Below are positions 23,728 through 34,236 of a stretch of DNA of 37,176 bases, piece by piece. The stretch lies in contig JABVCE010000016.1 of assembly GCA_014905635.1 (NCBI GenBank), positions 806,001-843,176 of the forward strand. The letters are read 5' to 3'. Every line of letters starts with the position of its first letter. Positions within the stretch are counted from its first letter, which is position 1. The translations under genes were made by a program, and so were the position numbers. The stretch is from Scenedesmus sp. PABB004. Taxonomy: Eukaryota. Under the pieces are notes generated by a model. It was not told where the DNA came from. It made no database searches and saw only the letters and a program-made list of their open reading frames with translations.

Positions 23728-26700
23728 TCACACCATGCCCATGCCGGTGCGGCACGCCACAAACTTGGACAGCGCCAGCGGCTTGGTGAGCGCGTCGGCG
23801 ATGTTGTCGGCCGTGGGCACGTAGTGGAACGTGACCTCGCCGCGGGCCACGCGCTCGCGCGCAAAGTGGTGCGCGACGTCAATGTGCTTCGAGCGCTGCG
23901 AGGACACGGGGTTGCGCAGCAGCTTGATCGCACCCTGGTTGTCGGAGAGGATGTCGATGGCACCGATGTTGAACTTGAGGTCGCTCATGAGCTTGCGCAG
24001 CCAGAGCGCCTCCTTGACCGCAGCGGAGGCGGCCATGTACTCGGCCTCGGTGGTGGAGGCCGCGACGGTCTGCTGCTTCTTGCTGGACCAGGTGATCGCG
24101 CCGCCGTTGAGGGTGAAGACGTAGCCGGTGGTCGAGCGGCGCGTGTCGAGGTCGGCCGCGTAGTCCGAGTCACACATGCCGTTGAGGTCCAGGCTGCCCT
24201 TGATGCCGCCGTAGATGATGCCAATGTTGGTGGTGCCGGCCAGGTAGCGGAGCACGCCCTTGGCCACGCCCCAGTGCACGGTCGTGGGGCAGGACATGAA
24301 GCGTGTCAACGCGCTCACCGCAAAGGCGATGTCGGGGCGCACCGTGATGGAGAGGTAGAGGAGCGCTCCCACGAGCGACGTGTAGGGGTAGGCCACGGTG
24401 TCGAGCGGGTCGCCGTTGTCCTTGGTGAGCTTGGTGCCGAGGCTCACGGGGATGTCGCGGGGCGCGCAGTCGGCGAGCCCGTACTTGGAGACGAGCTCGG
24501 TCACCATCTTCTCGTTGGTGATCTTGATGGTCTTGTTGATGCGGTCGCGCGTGATGTGCATGCCGAGGTACTGGCTCACCTCGCCGAGGTCGCGGGTCTT
24601 GAAGGCGGCAAAGAGCTCCGCCTTGACCGACTCGGCGAGCGCGCAGTTGCGCGCAATGATGAGGATGTCGTCGACGTAGATGAGGATGTACGCGCCGGAG
24701 GTGCCGACGTAGAGCGATGCGTCGGCCTTGGACGGCGCGAAGCCCATCTTGGTGAGCTCCTCGTGCAGGCGCGAGTGCCACGCGCGCGGGGCCTGCTTGA
24801 GGCCGTAGAGCGCCTTGATCAGGCGGCACGCGCGGCCGGAGCCGTCGTCGTAGCCCTCGGGCTGGCTGATCCACACCTCCTCCTCGAGGTTGCCTTGGAG
24901 GAAGGCGTTCTTAATGTCGATCTGGATGATCTCGTAGTCGTGCGCAGCGGCGAGCGCGAGCACCGCGCGCAGCGTGGCGTACTTGCCGACGGGGGCGAAG
25001 ACCTCGTCGTAGTCGATGCCCTCGATCTGGTGGAAGCCCTTGGCGACGATGCGGCCCTTGTAGCGCTCGATGTTGCCGGCGAGGTCGGTCTTGGTCGTTA
25101 GGACCCACTTGGTCGGGATGATCTTGACGCCGGCGGGCGGCACGTCGAGCTCCCACGTGTTGTTGGCCACGTGGGCGGCGATCTCCTCGTTCATGGCGCC
25201 GTCCCACTTGGACGCGTCGAGCCGGCCGAGCGCCTCGGTGCGCGTGGCCGGGTCGGGCAAGATCTGCCCCGCGTAGTGCGCGGCGGCGGCGGCGTTCCAC
25301 CACTCACCGGGCTTGCGCGACACGCGCCCCGAGCGCGTGATGGTGCCGCCGGTGGTGGAGTCGGTGCCGCCGGCGGTCGGCCCCGGCATGTTGTCGTTGC
25401 TCTCGGGCGCCGGGCTCGGCGCGGGCGGCGGCGAGCCGCCCGGGCTCGAGGGCGGGGAGCCGCCGGGGCTCGCGGGCGGGGAGCCGCCCGGGGTGCCCGG
25501 CGGGGAGCCGCTCGGCGGCGCGCCGTCGTGCGCGCCGGAGTCGGGCTCGTCCTCAAAGGCGTCGTCCGCCGGGAACTTCTCGGCGGCGTAGCGGGTGATG
25601 TCGGGGTCGATGAGCGTCGGGGACTTGTAGTTGGCGAAGCTCTTGGAGAGCACCTTGCTCTCGTCGAAGACGACGTTGCGGCTCGACTTGATGTTGCCGT
25701 CGGGCATGAGGATGCGGTAGCCCTTGCCAAAGGCCGGGTAGCCCACCATGATGCCCTTCTCGGCGTGCGGCTCGAGCTTGGTCCTCTTCTCCTTGGGCAC
25801 GTGGGCGTAGGCCGTGGCGCCAAAGACGCGGAGCGTTGACACGTCGGGCTTGAGGCCGAAGAAGGCCTCGAACGGCGTCTTGGGCTTGCCGCTCACGGGA
25901 GAAAGGTTGCGGAGGTGGTTGGCCGTCATGATCGCCTCACCCCACGCCGCGGGCGGGAGCTCGGCGGCGTAGATCATGGGGAGCACCTTGTTGAGGAGCG
26001 TGCGGTTGAGCCGCTCGGCGGTGCCGTTTTGCTCGGGCGTGTAGGGCATGGTCTTTTGGTGCGCGATGCCCTTGTCCTTGAAGAAGCCGGAGAGGTCGGC
26101 GTTGACGTACTCGGAGCCGTTGTCGGTGCGGACGGCCTTGACGTGGGCGTCGGTTTGCTTCTCCATGTAGGTGAGCACCTCCTTGACGGCCGGCGTGACG
26201 TCGGCCTTGCTCTTGAGCGTGCGCACGATGGAGTAGCCCGTCGCGTGGTCGATGAAGGTCGCGGCGTACTTGGCGCCGCCGTAAGAGAGCTCGGTCATGG
26301 GGCCGCACACGTCCATGCTCACGAGCGCGAGCGGCGTGTCGTACACCGTCGCGGACTCACCGAAGGGGAGGCGCGTCGTCTTGCCCATCACGCACGGCTC
26401 GCACATGGGGAGCGCCTTGAAGTCGGTGGTCGTGAGGTCCATGCCGGTCACCATGCCGTGCTTGGCGGCGCGCTCGAGGTTGGCGTAGCCGAGGTGGCCA
26501 AAGCGCGCGTGCCACACCTCGGGCGCCTCTTTGGCAATGAGCGCCGGGCTCGGGGAGCCGCGGAGCGTGTTGCTCACGATGCACGGGATGCCGTTGGGCG
26601 CGTCGATGGCGGTGACGATCGTCTCGCCGCCCATGCGCACGGCGCACTTGTTGCCCTCCATGATGAACGTGGCGCCGGCGAGCTTGGCCATCTTGATGGA

Positions 26701-27858
26701 GACGAGCTTGGCCGCAAAGCCGGGGATGTAGAGCACGCGGCGGAGCACGATGCGCCGCGAGATGACGTTGGACTCGTGCAAGATGGCGTCGCCCTCGAGC
26801 TCGGCGGCGACCACCTCGCCGGTGCCCACGATGACCTTGGTCGAGCACGGCTTGGGATTATTGAGGTCGCCGGCGTCGTTGGTGATGTGGCGCTCGGCCC
26901 CCGAGTCGATGAACCACGTGCACGCGTAGTCCGGGTTGTCGTAGTCGGGCGCGAGCGTGGTGGCGGTCCACGCCACCTCGCGCCGCTCGGTGTCGGGCGT
27001 GCCCTTGCGCGCCTCGACCGCGGCCCGCTCGCGGCACTCACCGATGAAGTGGCCGGGCTTCTTGCAATAGTAGCACACGTCTTTGGCGTCCTTGGACGCG
27101 CCGAAGCGCGGCCGGTTGCCGCCGGGCGAGCCGCCGCCGTTGAACGGGCGCGGCGGGTTGACGAAGCGCGACGCGCCGAGCATGGGCGCGCGCGGGTTGA
27201 AGGGCTTGTTGAAGCGCGGGTTGAACGTCTTGTTGAGCGGCTTGAACTTGGGCCGCGGCGCGGTCGCAAAGTAGGCCTTCTCGGTGTTGGCCGGGGTTTG
27301 CGCCTCCACGGTCAAGAGCTCGGAGATGACCTCCTCGAGCGTGGGGAAGGGCTTCTTGCTCATGATGATCTTCTTGGTGACCTCGTAGGCGCTCGGGAGC
27401 TTGTCGAGCATGGCGAGCGAGATGTCCATGTCGTCCACCGTGGCGCCGGCGGAGATGAGGTTGTCCTTGAGCGCGTACGCGCGGCCGGCAAAGGCCGTGA
27501 TGGTCTCGGTGTTGCCCTTGGCGAGCGTGCTCAACTCGCGCTTGAAGCGCACGATGCTTGCCGTGTTTTGGGTGTGGTACATGTTGGCGAGCTTGTCCCA
27601 CGCTTCCTTGGCGGTGGTGCACGTTTGGATGAGTGGCAAGATCTTGTTGTCGACGGAGAGGACGATGGCGGCGAGGGCCTTGTCGTCCCGCGCGGCGTCG
27701 CGCGCGGGCGCGGCGTCGGCGTCGTTGCCGGGCGGCGGCGCGTCGATGAGCGCGCCATAGAAGCCCTTGAGCTTGAGGTAGAAGGTAATCTTGGTGCTCC
27801 ACGTGACGTAGTTGGAGCCGGTGAATCGCTCAACGCCAAACTTTTCAAAGTCCATCAT
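23728..27858 (-). CDS. Copia gag-pol polyprotein (GAG, CCHC knuckle, protease, integrase, RT, RNase H)
   Basis: Uninterrupted ORF: CYYCKKPGHFIGEC, WFIDSGA, WHARFGH...CEPC, RTDNGSEY, PEQNG.AER, IDIKNAFLQG, LYGLKQAPR, YVDD, TTEAEY, SKHIDV. Domain order PR-INT-RT-RH. Confidence 0.98.
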   Translation of the reverse strand: MMDFEKFGVERFTGSNYVTWSTKITFYLKLKGFYGALIDAPPPGNDADAAPARDAARDDKALAAIVLSVDNKILPLIQTCTTAKEAWDKLANMYHTQNTASIVRFKRELSTLAKGNTETITAFAGRAYALKDNLISAGATVDDMDISLAMLDKLPSAYEVTKKIIMSKKPFPTLEEVISELLTVEAQTPANTEKAYFATAPRPKFKPLNKTFNPRFNKPFNPRAPMLGASRFVNPPRPFNGGGSPGGNRPRFGASKDAKDVCYYCKKPGHFIGECRERAAVEARKGTPDTERREVAWTATTLAPDYDNPDYACTWFIDSGAERHITNDAGDLNNPKPCSTKVIVGTGEVVAAELEGDAILHESNVISRRIVLRRVLYIPGFAAKLVSIKMAKLAGATFIMEGNKCAVRMGGETIVTAIDAPNGIPCIVSNTLRGSPSPALIAKEAPEVWHARFGHLGYANLERAAKHGMVTGMDLTTTDFKALPMCEPCVMGKTTRLPFGESATVYDTPLALVSMDVCGPMTELSYGGAKYAATFIDHATGYSIVRTLKSKADVTPAVKEVLTYMEKQTDAHVKAVRTDNGSEYVNADLSGFFKDKGIAHQKTMPYTPEQNGTAERLNRTLLNKVLPMIYAAELPPAAWGEAIMTANHLRNLSPVSGKPKTPFEAFFGLKPDVSTLRVFGATAYAHVPKEKRTKLEPHAEKGIMVGYPAFGKGYRILMPDGNIKSSRNVVFDESKVLSKSFANYKSPTLIDPDITRYAAEKFPADDAFEDEPDSGAHDGAPPSGSPPGTPGGSPPASPGGSPPSSPGGSPPPAPSPAPESNDNMPGPTAGGTDSTTGGTITRSGRVSRKPGEWWNAAAAAHYAGQILPDPATRTEALGRLDASKWDGAMNEEIAAHVANNTWELDVPPAGVKIIPTKWVLTTKTDLAGNIERYKGRIVAKGFHQIEGIDYDEVFAPVGKYATLRAVLALAAAHDYEIIQIDIKNAFLQGNLEEEVWISQPEGYDDGSGRACRLIKALYGLKQAPRAWHSRLHEELTKMGFAPSKADASLYVGTSGAYILIYVDDILIIARNCALAESVKAELFAAFKTRDLGEVSQYLGMHITRDRINKTIKITNEKMVTELVSKYGLADCAPRDIPVSLGTKLTKDNGDPLDTVAYPYTSLVGALLYLSITVRPDIAFAVSALTRFMSCPTTVHWGVAKGVLRYLAGTTNIGIIYGGIKGSLDLNGMCDSDYAADLDTRRSTTGYVFTLNGGAITWSSKKQQTVAASTTEAEYMAASAAVKEALWLRKLMSDLKFNIGAIDILSDNQGAIKLLRNPVSSQRSKHIDVAHHFARERVARGEVTFHYVPTADNIADALTKPLALSKFVACRTGMGMV

Positions 27859-28165
27859 GACGGTAGCCGCGTTGGCGGGCCGATGGAGTTGTTGGCGGAT
27901 GTCTCCCACGTCACGCCGCGCCGTAGACGCGCGCACGTACGAGGTGTACGGACGCCCCGCCTAGATGTCCGATGCACGCGGCCGAGACGTACGCACACCT
28001 ACGTACGGCGCGGGCGCGGGCGGACGGCGAAGGGGGCAAGGCCCCTTTGAAGTTAGCTCGGGTTTGGAGACACGAGGCGCGCGCTAGCGTAGCGTGCGAG
28101 CGTAGCCGAGGCGCACGCGCGGGCGCAAGAGCGGCCGGGCGCGAGCGCGGCGCGCGTTACGAGTT

Positions 28166-28271
28166 GGTCGAGGGCGCCGAGGGTCGTAGGGGCGCGAGGG
28201 TCGAGGGCGCCGAGAGTCGTAGGGGCGCGAGGGTCGAGGGCGCCGAGGGTCGTAGGGGCGCGGGTCGAGGG
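28166..28271. repeat. 33-bp tandem repeat (about 3 copies) in the Copia leader
   Basis: GGTCGAGGGCGCCGAGGGTCGTAGGGGCGCGAG starting at 28166, 28199 and 28232. Confidence 0.85.
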
Positions 28272-28672
28272 ATGTCCTCCAACGTCACGCCGCCGTGTAG
28301 ACACGCACGCCCAAGGTGCACGGACGCCCGCCTTGATGACCGATGCGCACGGCCGGGTCGTACGTACACCTGTGAGCGGCGCGGGCGGGCGGACGGGCGA
28401 AGGGCCGAGGCCCTTGAGCGTGAGAAGAGGCAAAGTCGGCGCGAGAAGGGCCGACGTCGAGCGCGCGGCGCCGAGTAGATCGAGCGCGGCGCGGGAAGCG
28501 CGACGGAGCGCGACGGAGCGCAAACGAGCACGCGCGAGCAAGCGCGGCGCGATTTACTGCGTTTGACGAGGGCGACTCAAGTACGAAAAGTCGCGGACAA
28601 GGGGCGATGGCTTCTGCCAAGCGCCAAGTAGACAATAGGGCTCTCGAATAGGACGGTGGAGGTCGCAGGATC

Positions 28673-29407
28673 TTTTTTTTTTTTTTTTTTTTTACAATGG
28701 GTGACCAAACAAGGACCGAGGCCCAGGGGCAGCCCACTGAAAAAAACTCCAACGGGAAGAGCGCAGCAACCCCTCGTGAAAAACCGCGCCCCGGCGCCCC
28801 CCGAGAGGGGGCACACACATCACCCAACGGCACAGCCAGAGGCCAACGCCCAACGGGCGCCCAAGGAGACCAGGTGATGCCCCGCAATCAAAGGGGCAGC
28901 AGCAGATCAGGCCGCACACCCCCCTTCCGGTGCGGCGAGCCGCACCGGGCATCGGCGCAGCGAGGTGCACCGGCTCCAAGCCTCCGCGCAGAGACCACGC
29001 GCAAACGCCATCCACGCTGGCGGCGGCAGGGGCCGGCCTCAGCGGCATCAGCCCCCGCGCCTCGCGACGACACACGCACACACCAGGGGGCAGCAGTTGG
29101 CTTTGCTGCAAAAACCCCTGAGAAAGCCGCGCACCGATGAGAAAGCCGCCCCACCGGGCAGGCAGCACGCCAAGCCGCCGCGCACGGAGCGCGTGCAGCC
29201 GCCAAACACGCCGGCGGCGCCAGGGGCCGGCCCCATCGGCTGCAGCCCCCTTGCCGCGCGACGACAAACACGCAGACACCAGCCCCGCGGCACGGGCGGA
29301 CACCGCCCAACCTTGCACGCTGCAGAAGAGGCGCGACACGCATCCAGCCGGGGTCGCAGCAAGCCCGGCCGCGGACCCCCCCGGCCCCTGCAGCTAGCCG
29401 CCGCGCT

Positions 29408-29438
<31 letters not shown>

Positions 29439-30617
29439 GGGGTCCTGCGCCGCCGGCGGGGCCAGCGCCGGCGCCGCCGGCAGCGCCGGCACGCCCGCTG
29501 CGGTGAGCCGGAACTCCATTGTGAAGCGGCCCCCGTGCTGGCCCGTGCGCGCGATGACCCCCCGGTGGCACCACCGGCGTTCGAAATCTGCCTGAGTGAG
29601 CTCCTTGCCGGAACCCGACAGCCATGAGCGCGGCACGCCCGCCAGCGCGCGCACGTCCATCGCTGCCTTGCGCCAGTCCAGCACGACTGCGTCGCGCACC
29701 GAGTACACAAAGATGCGAATCGCCGCCACAGGCGCGTGCCCGGGCTGGCCGCCGCCGTGCCGCGCGCGCGCGGCGAGCAGGGCGCGCAGCAGCAGCAGGC
29801 GGAGGTGCGTCCAGAGCTGCTGCAGCTCCGGCGCGACGCCCGACCTGGCAAAGTCGTCCGCCAGCATCACCCTGGGCGGGGGCGGCGCGCGCGGGAAGCC
29901 CGGCTGCAGCCGCGCCCAGAGGTGAGCAAACCACTGCAGCACCGCCGCCGCCACGGGGCATCCGCCGAGGACGTGGCCGAGCGTCTTTTTTTTTTTTTTT
30001 TTTTTTTTTTGTTACAATGGGTGACCAAACAAGGACCGAGGCCCAGGGGCAGCCCACTGAAAAAAAACTCGAACGGGAAGAGCGCAGCAACCCCTCGTGA
30101 AAAACCGCGCCCCGGCGCCCCCCGAGAGGGGGCACACACATCACCCAACGGCACAGCCAGAGGCCAACGCCCAACGGGCGCCCAAGGAGACCAGGTGATG
30201 CCCCGCAATCAAAGGGGCAGCAGCAGATCAGGCCGCACACCCCCCTTCCGGTGCGGCGAGCCGCACCGGGCATCGGCGCAGCGAGGTGCACCGGCTCCAA
30301 GCCTCCGCGCAGAGACCACGCGCAAACGCCATCCACGCTGGCGGCGGCAGGGGCCGGCCTCAGCGGCATCAGCCCCCGCGCCTCGCGACGACACACGCAC
30401 ACACCAGGGGGCAGCAGTTGGCTTTGCTGCAAAAACCCCTGAGAAAGCCGCGCACCGATGAGAAAGCCGCCCCACCGGGCAGGCAGCACGCCAAGCCGCC
30501 GCGCACGGAGCGCGTGCAGCCGCCAAACACGCCGGCCGAGCGTCTCCAGCGGCGGCTGCTGCTGCGCGCGGCAGAGCGGGTGCGGGCACGCCAGCTCCGC
30601 CAGCTCCGGCGCCGCGC
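28673..30617 (-). mobile_element. 5'-truncated L1/Zepp-like LINE (copy 1) inside the Copia leader
   Basis: Poly(A) tail (T-run from 28673), 3'UTR and ORF2 C-terminus matching the copy at 33473+. TSD GTCGCAGGATC at 28662-28672 and 30618-30628. Confidence 0.93.
29986..30533 (-). mobile_element. 5'-truncated LINE (copy 2, 3'UTR only) inserted into copy 1
   Basis: T-run from 29986. TSD GGCCGAGCGTC(T) at 29975-29986 and 30534-30545. The host sequence resumes exactly as in the uninterrupted copy near 34770-34855. Confidence 0.93.
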
Positions 30618-30745
30618 GTCGCAGGATCGAATCTGGGGCCTTCTTTTTGGGCCGCTTGACGGAGGCCTCCGGAGCTCCGCGGAGTTGTCGAGTTGCCGGA
30701 GCGATGCGCGCGAAGCCTCCGCGATGCCTTTAGAGCACCGGGGAT

Positions 30746-30757
30746 GGGCTCATGACC
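30746..30757 (-). other. Primer-binding site GGTCATGAGCCC (internal, half-tRNA-iMet type)
   Basis: Directly abuts the 5' LTR. Complementary at 11/12 positions to the iMet anticodon arm GGGCUCAUAACC. Confidence 0.75.
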
Positions 30758-31111
30758 TCTTGGTCGGAGTAGGTGCGGTTGTTGCCGGCTAGAGGAGCGA
30801 GTCGACAACGGCGGAGAGCAGCGGTTGGCCAACGAGAGAGCACGGAGACACAAGTGAAGGAGCAAAGGTTACACGTGCGTGGTGAAGAGACTCCTTAGGC
30901 AAACGGGGCGGGCGCACGGAGCTATATAGCCGAAACGGTATCGGTAATCGCAGCTTCTCGGCGGCTGCCGGAAGCTGCGCCGTAAGCAGCTTCCACCGCG
31001 GTTAGCACCTTCCACAAGAGCCCAACTAAGGCCCAATGTTCCGAGTAGCTTCCTTTAGGCTCCATGCACGCAATGGGGTGAGTGTGCGGCCGAAAACACG
31101 CACTCTCATCA
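30758..31111 (-). repeat. Copia 5' LTR (354 bp)
   Basis: No differences from 23354-23707 found by eye. Confidence 0.95.
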
Positions 31112-33472
31112 CCACGGGCTGCGCCGCCGAGGTGCGCCGCCGGCGGCCGCGCCGCGCCGCGGCCGCGCGCCGCCCGCGCGCGCGCCGCTCGCCGGCGCCG
31201 CGGCGCGGCGATGCCGTGCGCCGTTTCCCCTGCCCCGCCGCCCCTGCGGAGCGGAGGTGCGCGGCTCCAACAGGCTGCCCGGCCACGGGCTGCGCCGCCG
31301 AGGTGCGCCGCCGGCGGCCGCGCCGCGCCGCGGGCCGCGCGCCGCCCGCGCGCGCGCCGCTCGCCGGCGCCGCGGCGCGGCGATGCCGTGCGCCGTTTCC
31401 CCTGCCCCGCCGCCCCTGCGGAGCGGAGGTGCGCGGCTCCAACAGGCTGCCCGGCCACGTAACAAAAAAAAAAAAAACAGGCTGCCCGGCCACGGGCTGC
31501 GCCGCCGAGGTGCGCCGCCGGCGGCCGCGCCGCGCCTCGGGCCGCGCGCCGCCCGCGCGCGCGCCGCTCGCCGGCGCCGCGGCGCGGCGATGCCGTGCGC
31601 CGTTTCCCCTGCCCCGCCGCCCCTGCGGAGCGGAGGTGCGCGGCTCCAACAGGCTGCCCGGCCACGTAACAAAAAAAAAAAAAAACAGGCTGCCCGGCCA
31701 CGGGCTGCGCCGCCGAGGTGCGCCGCCGGCGGCCGCGCCGCGCCGCGGGCCGCGCGCCGCCCGCGCGCGCGCCGCTCGCCGGCGCCGCGGCGCGGCGATG
31801 CCGTGCGCCGTTTCCCCTGCCCCGCCGCCCCTGCGGAGCGGAGGTGCGCGGCTCCAACAGGCTGCCCGGCCACGGGCTGCGCCGCCGAGGTGCGCCGCCG
31901 GCGGCCGCGCCGCGCCGCGGGCCGCGCGCCGCCCGCGCGCGCGCCGCTCGCCGGCGCCGCGGCGCGGCGATGCCGTGCGCCGTTTCCCCTGCCCCGCCGC
32001 CCTTGCGGAGCGGAGGTGCGCGGCTCCAACAGGCTGCCCGGCCACGGGCTGCGCCGCCGAGGTGCGCCGCCGGCGGCCGCGCCGCGCCGCGGGCCGCGCG
32101 CCGCCCGCGCGCGCGCCGCTCGCCGGCGCCGCGGCGCGGCGATGCCGTGCGCCGTTTCCCCTGCCCCGCCGCCCCTGCGGAGCGGAGGTGCGCGGCTCCA
32201 ACAGGCTGCCCGGCCACGGGCTGCGCCGCCGAGGTGCGCCGCCGGCGGCCGCGCCGCGCCGCGGGCCGCGCGCCGCCCGCGCGCGCGCCGCTCGCCGGCG
32301 CCGCGGCGCGGCGATGCCGTGCGCCGTTCCCCTGCCCCGCCGCCCCTGCGGAGCGGAGGTGCGCGGCTCCAACAGGCTGCCCGGCCACGTAACAAAAAAA
32401 AATAAAAACAGGCTGCCCGGCCACGGGCTGCGCCGCCGAGGTGCGCCGCCGGCGGCCGCGCCGCGCCGCGGGCCGCGCGCCGCCCGCGCGCGCGCCGCTC
32501 GCCGGCGCCGCGGCGCGGCGATGCCGTGCGCCGTTTCCCCTGCCCCGCCGCCCCTGCGGAGCGGAGGTGCGCGGCTCCAACAGGCTGCCCGGCCACGGGC
32601 TGCGCCGCCGAGGTGCGCCGCCGGCGGCCGCGCCGCGCCGCGGGCCGCGCGCCGCCCGCGCGCGCGCCGCTCGCCGGCGCCGCGGCGCGGCGATGCCGTG
32701 CGCCGTTTCCCCTGCCCCGCCGCCCTTGCGGAGCGGAGGTGCGCGGCTCCAACAGGCTGCCCGGCCACGGGCTGCGCCGCCGAGGTGCGCCGCCGGCGGC
32801 CGCGCCGCGCCGCGGGCCGCGCGCCGCCCGCGCGCGCGCCGCTCGCCGGCGCCGCGGCGCGGCGATGCCGTGCGCCGTTTCCCCTGCCCCGCCGCCCCTG
32901 CGGAGCGGAGGTGCGCGGCTCCAACAGGCTGCCCGGCCACGGGCTGCGCCGCCGAGGTGCGCCGCCGGCGGCCGCGCCGCGCCGCGGGCCGCGCGCCGCC
33001 CGCGCGCGCGCCGCTCGCCGGCGCCGCGGCGCGGCGATGCCGTGCGCCGTTCCCCTGCCCCGCCGCCCCTGCGGAGCGGAGGTGCGCGGCTCCAACAGGC
33101 TGCCCGGCCACGTAACAAAAAAAAAATAAAAACAGGCTGCCCGGCCGCGCTGCGCCGCCGAGGTGCGCCGCCGGCGGCCGCGCGCGCGCCGCGGGCGCGC
33201 GCCGCGCGCCCGCGCGCGCGCGCGCGCCGGCGCCGCGGCGCGGCGATGCCGTGCGCCGTTTCCCCTGCCCCGCCGCCCCTGCGGAGCGGAGGTGCGCGGC
33301 TCCAACAGGCTGCCCGGCCACGGGCTGCGCCGCCGAGGTGCGCCGCCGGCGGCCGCGCCGCGCCGCGGGCCGCGCGCCGCCCGCGCGCGCGCCGCTCGCC
33401 GGCGCCGCGGCGCGGCGATGCCGTGCGCCGTTTCCCCTGCCCCGCCGCCCCTGCGGAGCGGAGGTGCGCGGC
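31112..33472. repeat. 172-bp satellite, right array (about 13 monomers) with a 723-bp higher-order repeat
   Basis: Period 172 (e.g. 31241 to 31413, 31828 to 32000). Variant pattern recurs at a 723-bp offset. Confidence 0.95.
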
Positions 33473-34205
33473 TTTTTTTTTTTTTTTTTGTTACAATGGG
33501 TGACCAAACAAGGACCGAGGCCCAGGGGCAGCCCACTGAAAAAAACTCCAACGGGAAGAGCGCAGCAACCCCTCGTGAAAAACCGCGCCCCGGCGCCCCC
33601 CGAGAGGGGGCACACACATCACCCAACGGCACAGCCAGAGGCCAACGCCCAACGGGCGCCCAAGGAGACCAGGTGATGCCCCGCAATCAAAGGGGCAGCA
33701 GCAGATCAGGCCGCACACCCCCCTTCCGGTGCGGCGAGCCGCACCGGGCATCGGCGCAGCGAGGTGCACCGGCTCCAAGCCTCCGCGCAGAGACCACGCG
33801 CAAACGCCATCCACGCTGGCGGCGGCAGGGGCCGGCCTCAGCGGCATCAGCCCCCGCGCCTCGCGACGACACACGCACACACCAGGGGGCAGCAGTTGGC
33901 TTTGCTGCAAAAACCCCTGAGAAAGCCGCGCACCGATGAGAAAGCCGCCCCACCGGGCAGGCAGCACGCCAAGCCGCCGCGCACGGAGCGCGTGCAGCCG
34001 CCAAACACGCCGGCGGCGCCAGGGGCCGGCCCCATCGGCTGCAGCCCCCTTGCCGCGCGACGACAAACACGCAGACACCAGCCCCGCGGCACGGGCGGAC
34101 ACCGCCCAACCTTGCACGCTGCAGAAGAGGCGCGACACGCATCCAGCCGGGGTCGCAGCAAGCCCGGCCGCGGACCCCCCGGCCCCTGCAGCTAGCCGCC
34201 GCGCT

Positions 34206-34236
<31 letters not shown>

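Larger units (their letters stand above)
23354..31111 (-). mobile_element. Full-length Ty1/Copia LTR retrotransposon
   Basis: Two 354-bp LTRs, 5-bp TSD CCACG (23349-23353 and 31112-31116), PBS, intact gag-pol. The 5' leader carries nested LINEs. Confidence 0.97.

Noticed and set aside
23632..28050. Long plus-strand ORFs (489 and 711 aa) antisense to Copia
   Set aside because: Shadow ORFs caused by strong GC3 codon bias; no recognisable domains.
29118..29150. Possible hammerhead ribozyme core in the LINE 3'UTR (CTGAGAAAG / GATGAGAAAG)
   Set aside because: No CUGANGA plus GAAA with supporting helices; it is only a 12-bp direct repeat, on the antisense strand.
33135..33240. Divergent satellite monomer as a distinct subfamily
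   Set aside because: Differences are slippage-like within GC runs and cannot be separated from consensus error, as with the LINE frameshifts.
21078..33472. CRISPR-like array or protein-coding repeat ORFs (up to 897 aa) in the satellite
   Set aside because: Units are contiguous near-identical monomers with no unique spacers or cas genes, in a eukaryote. The ORFs arise because the GC-rich monomer lacks stop codons.
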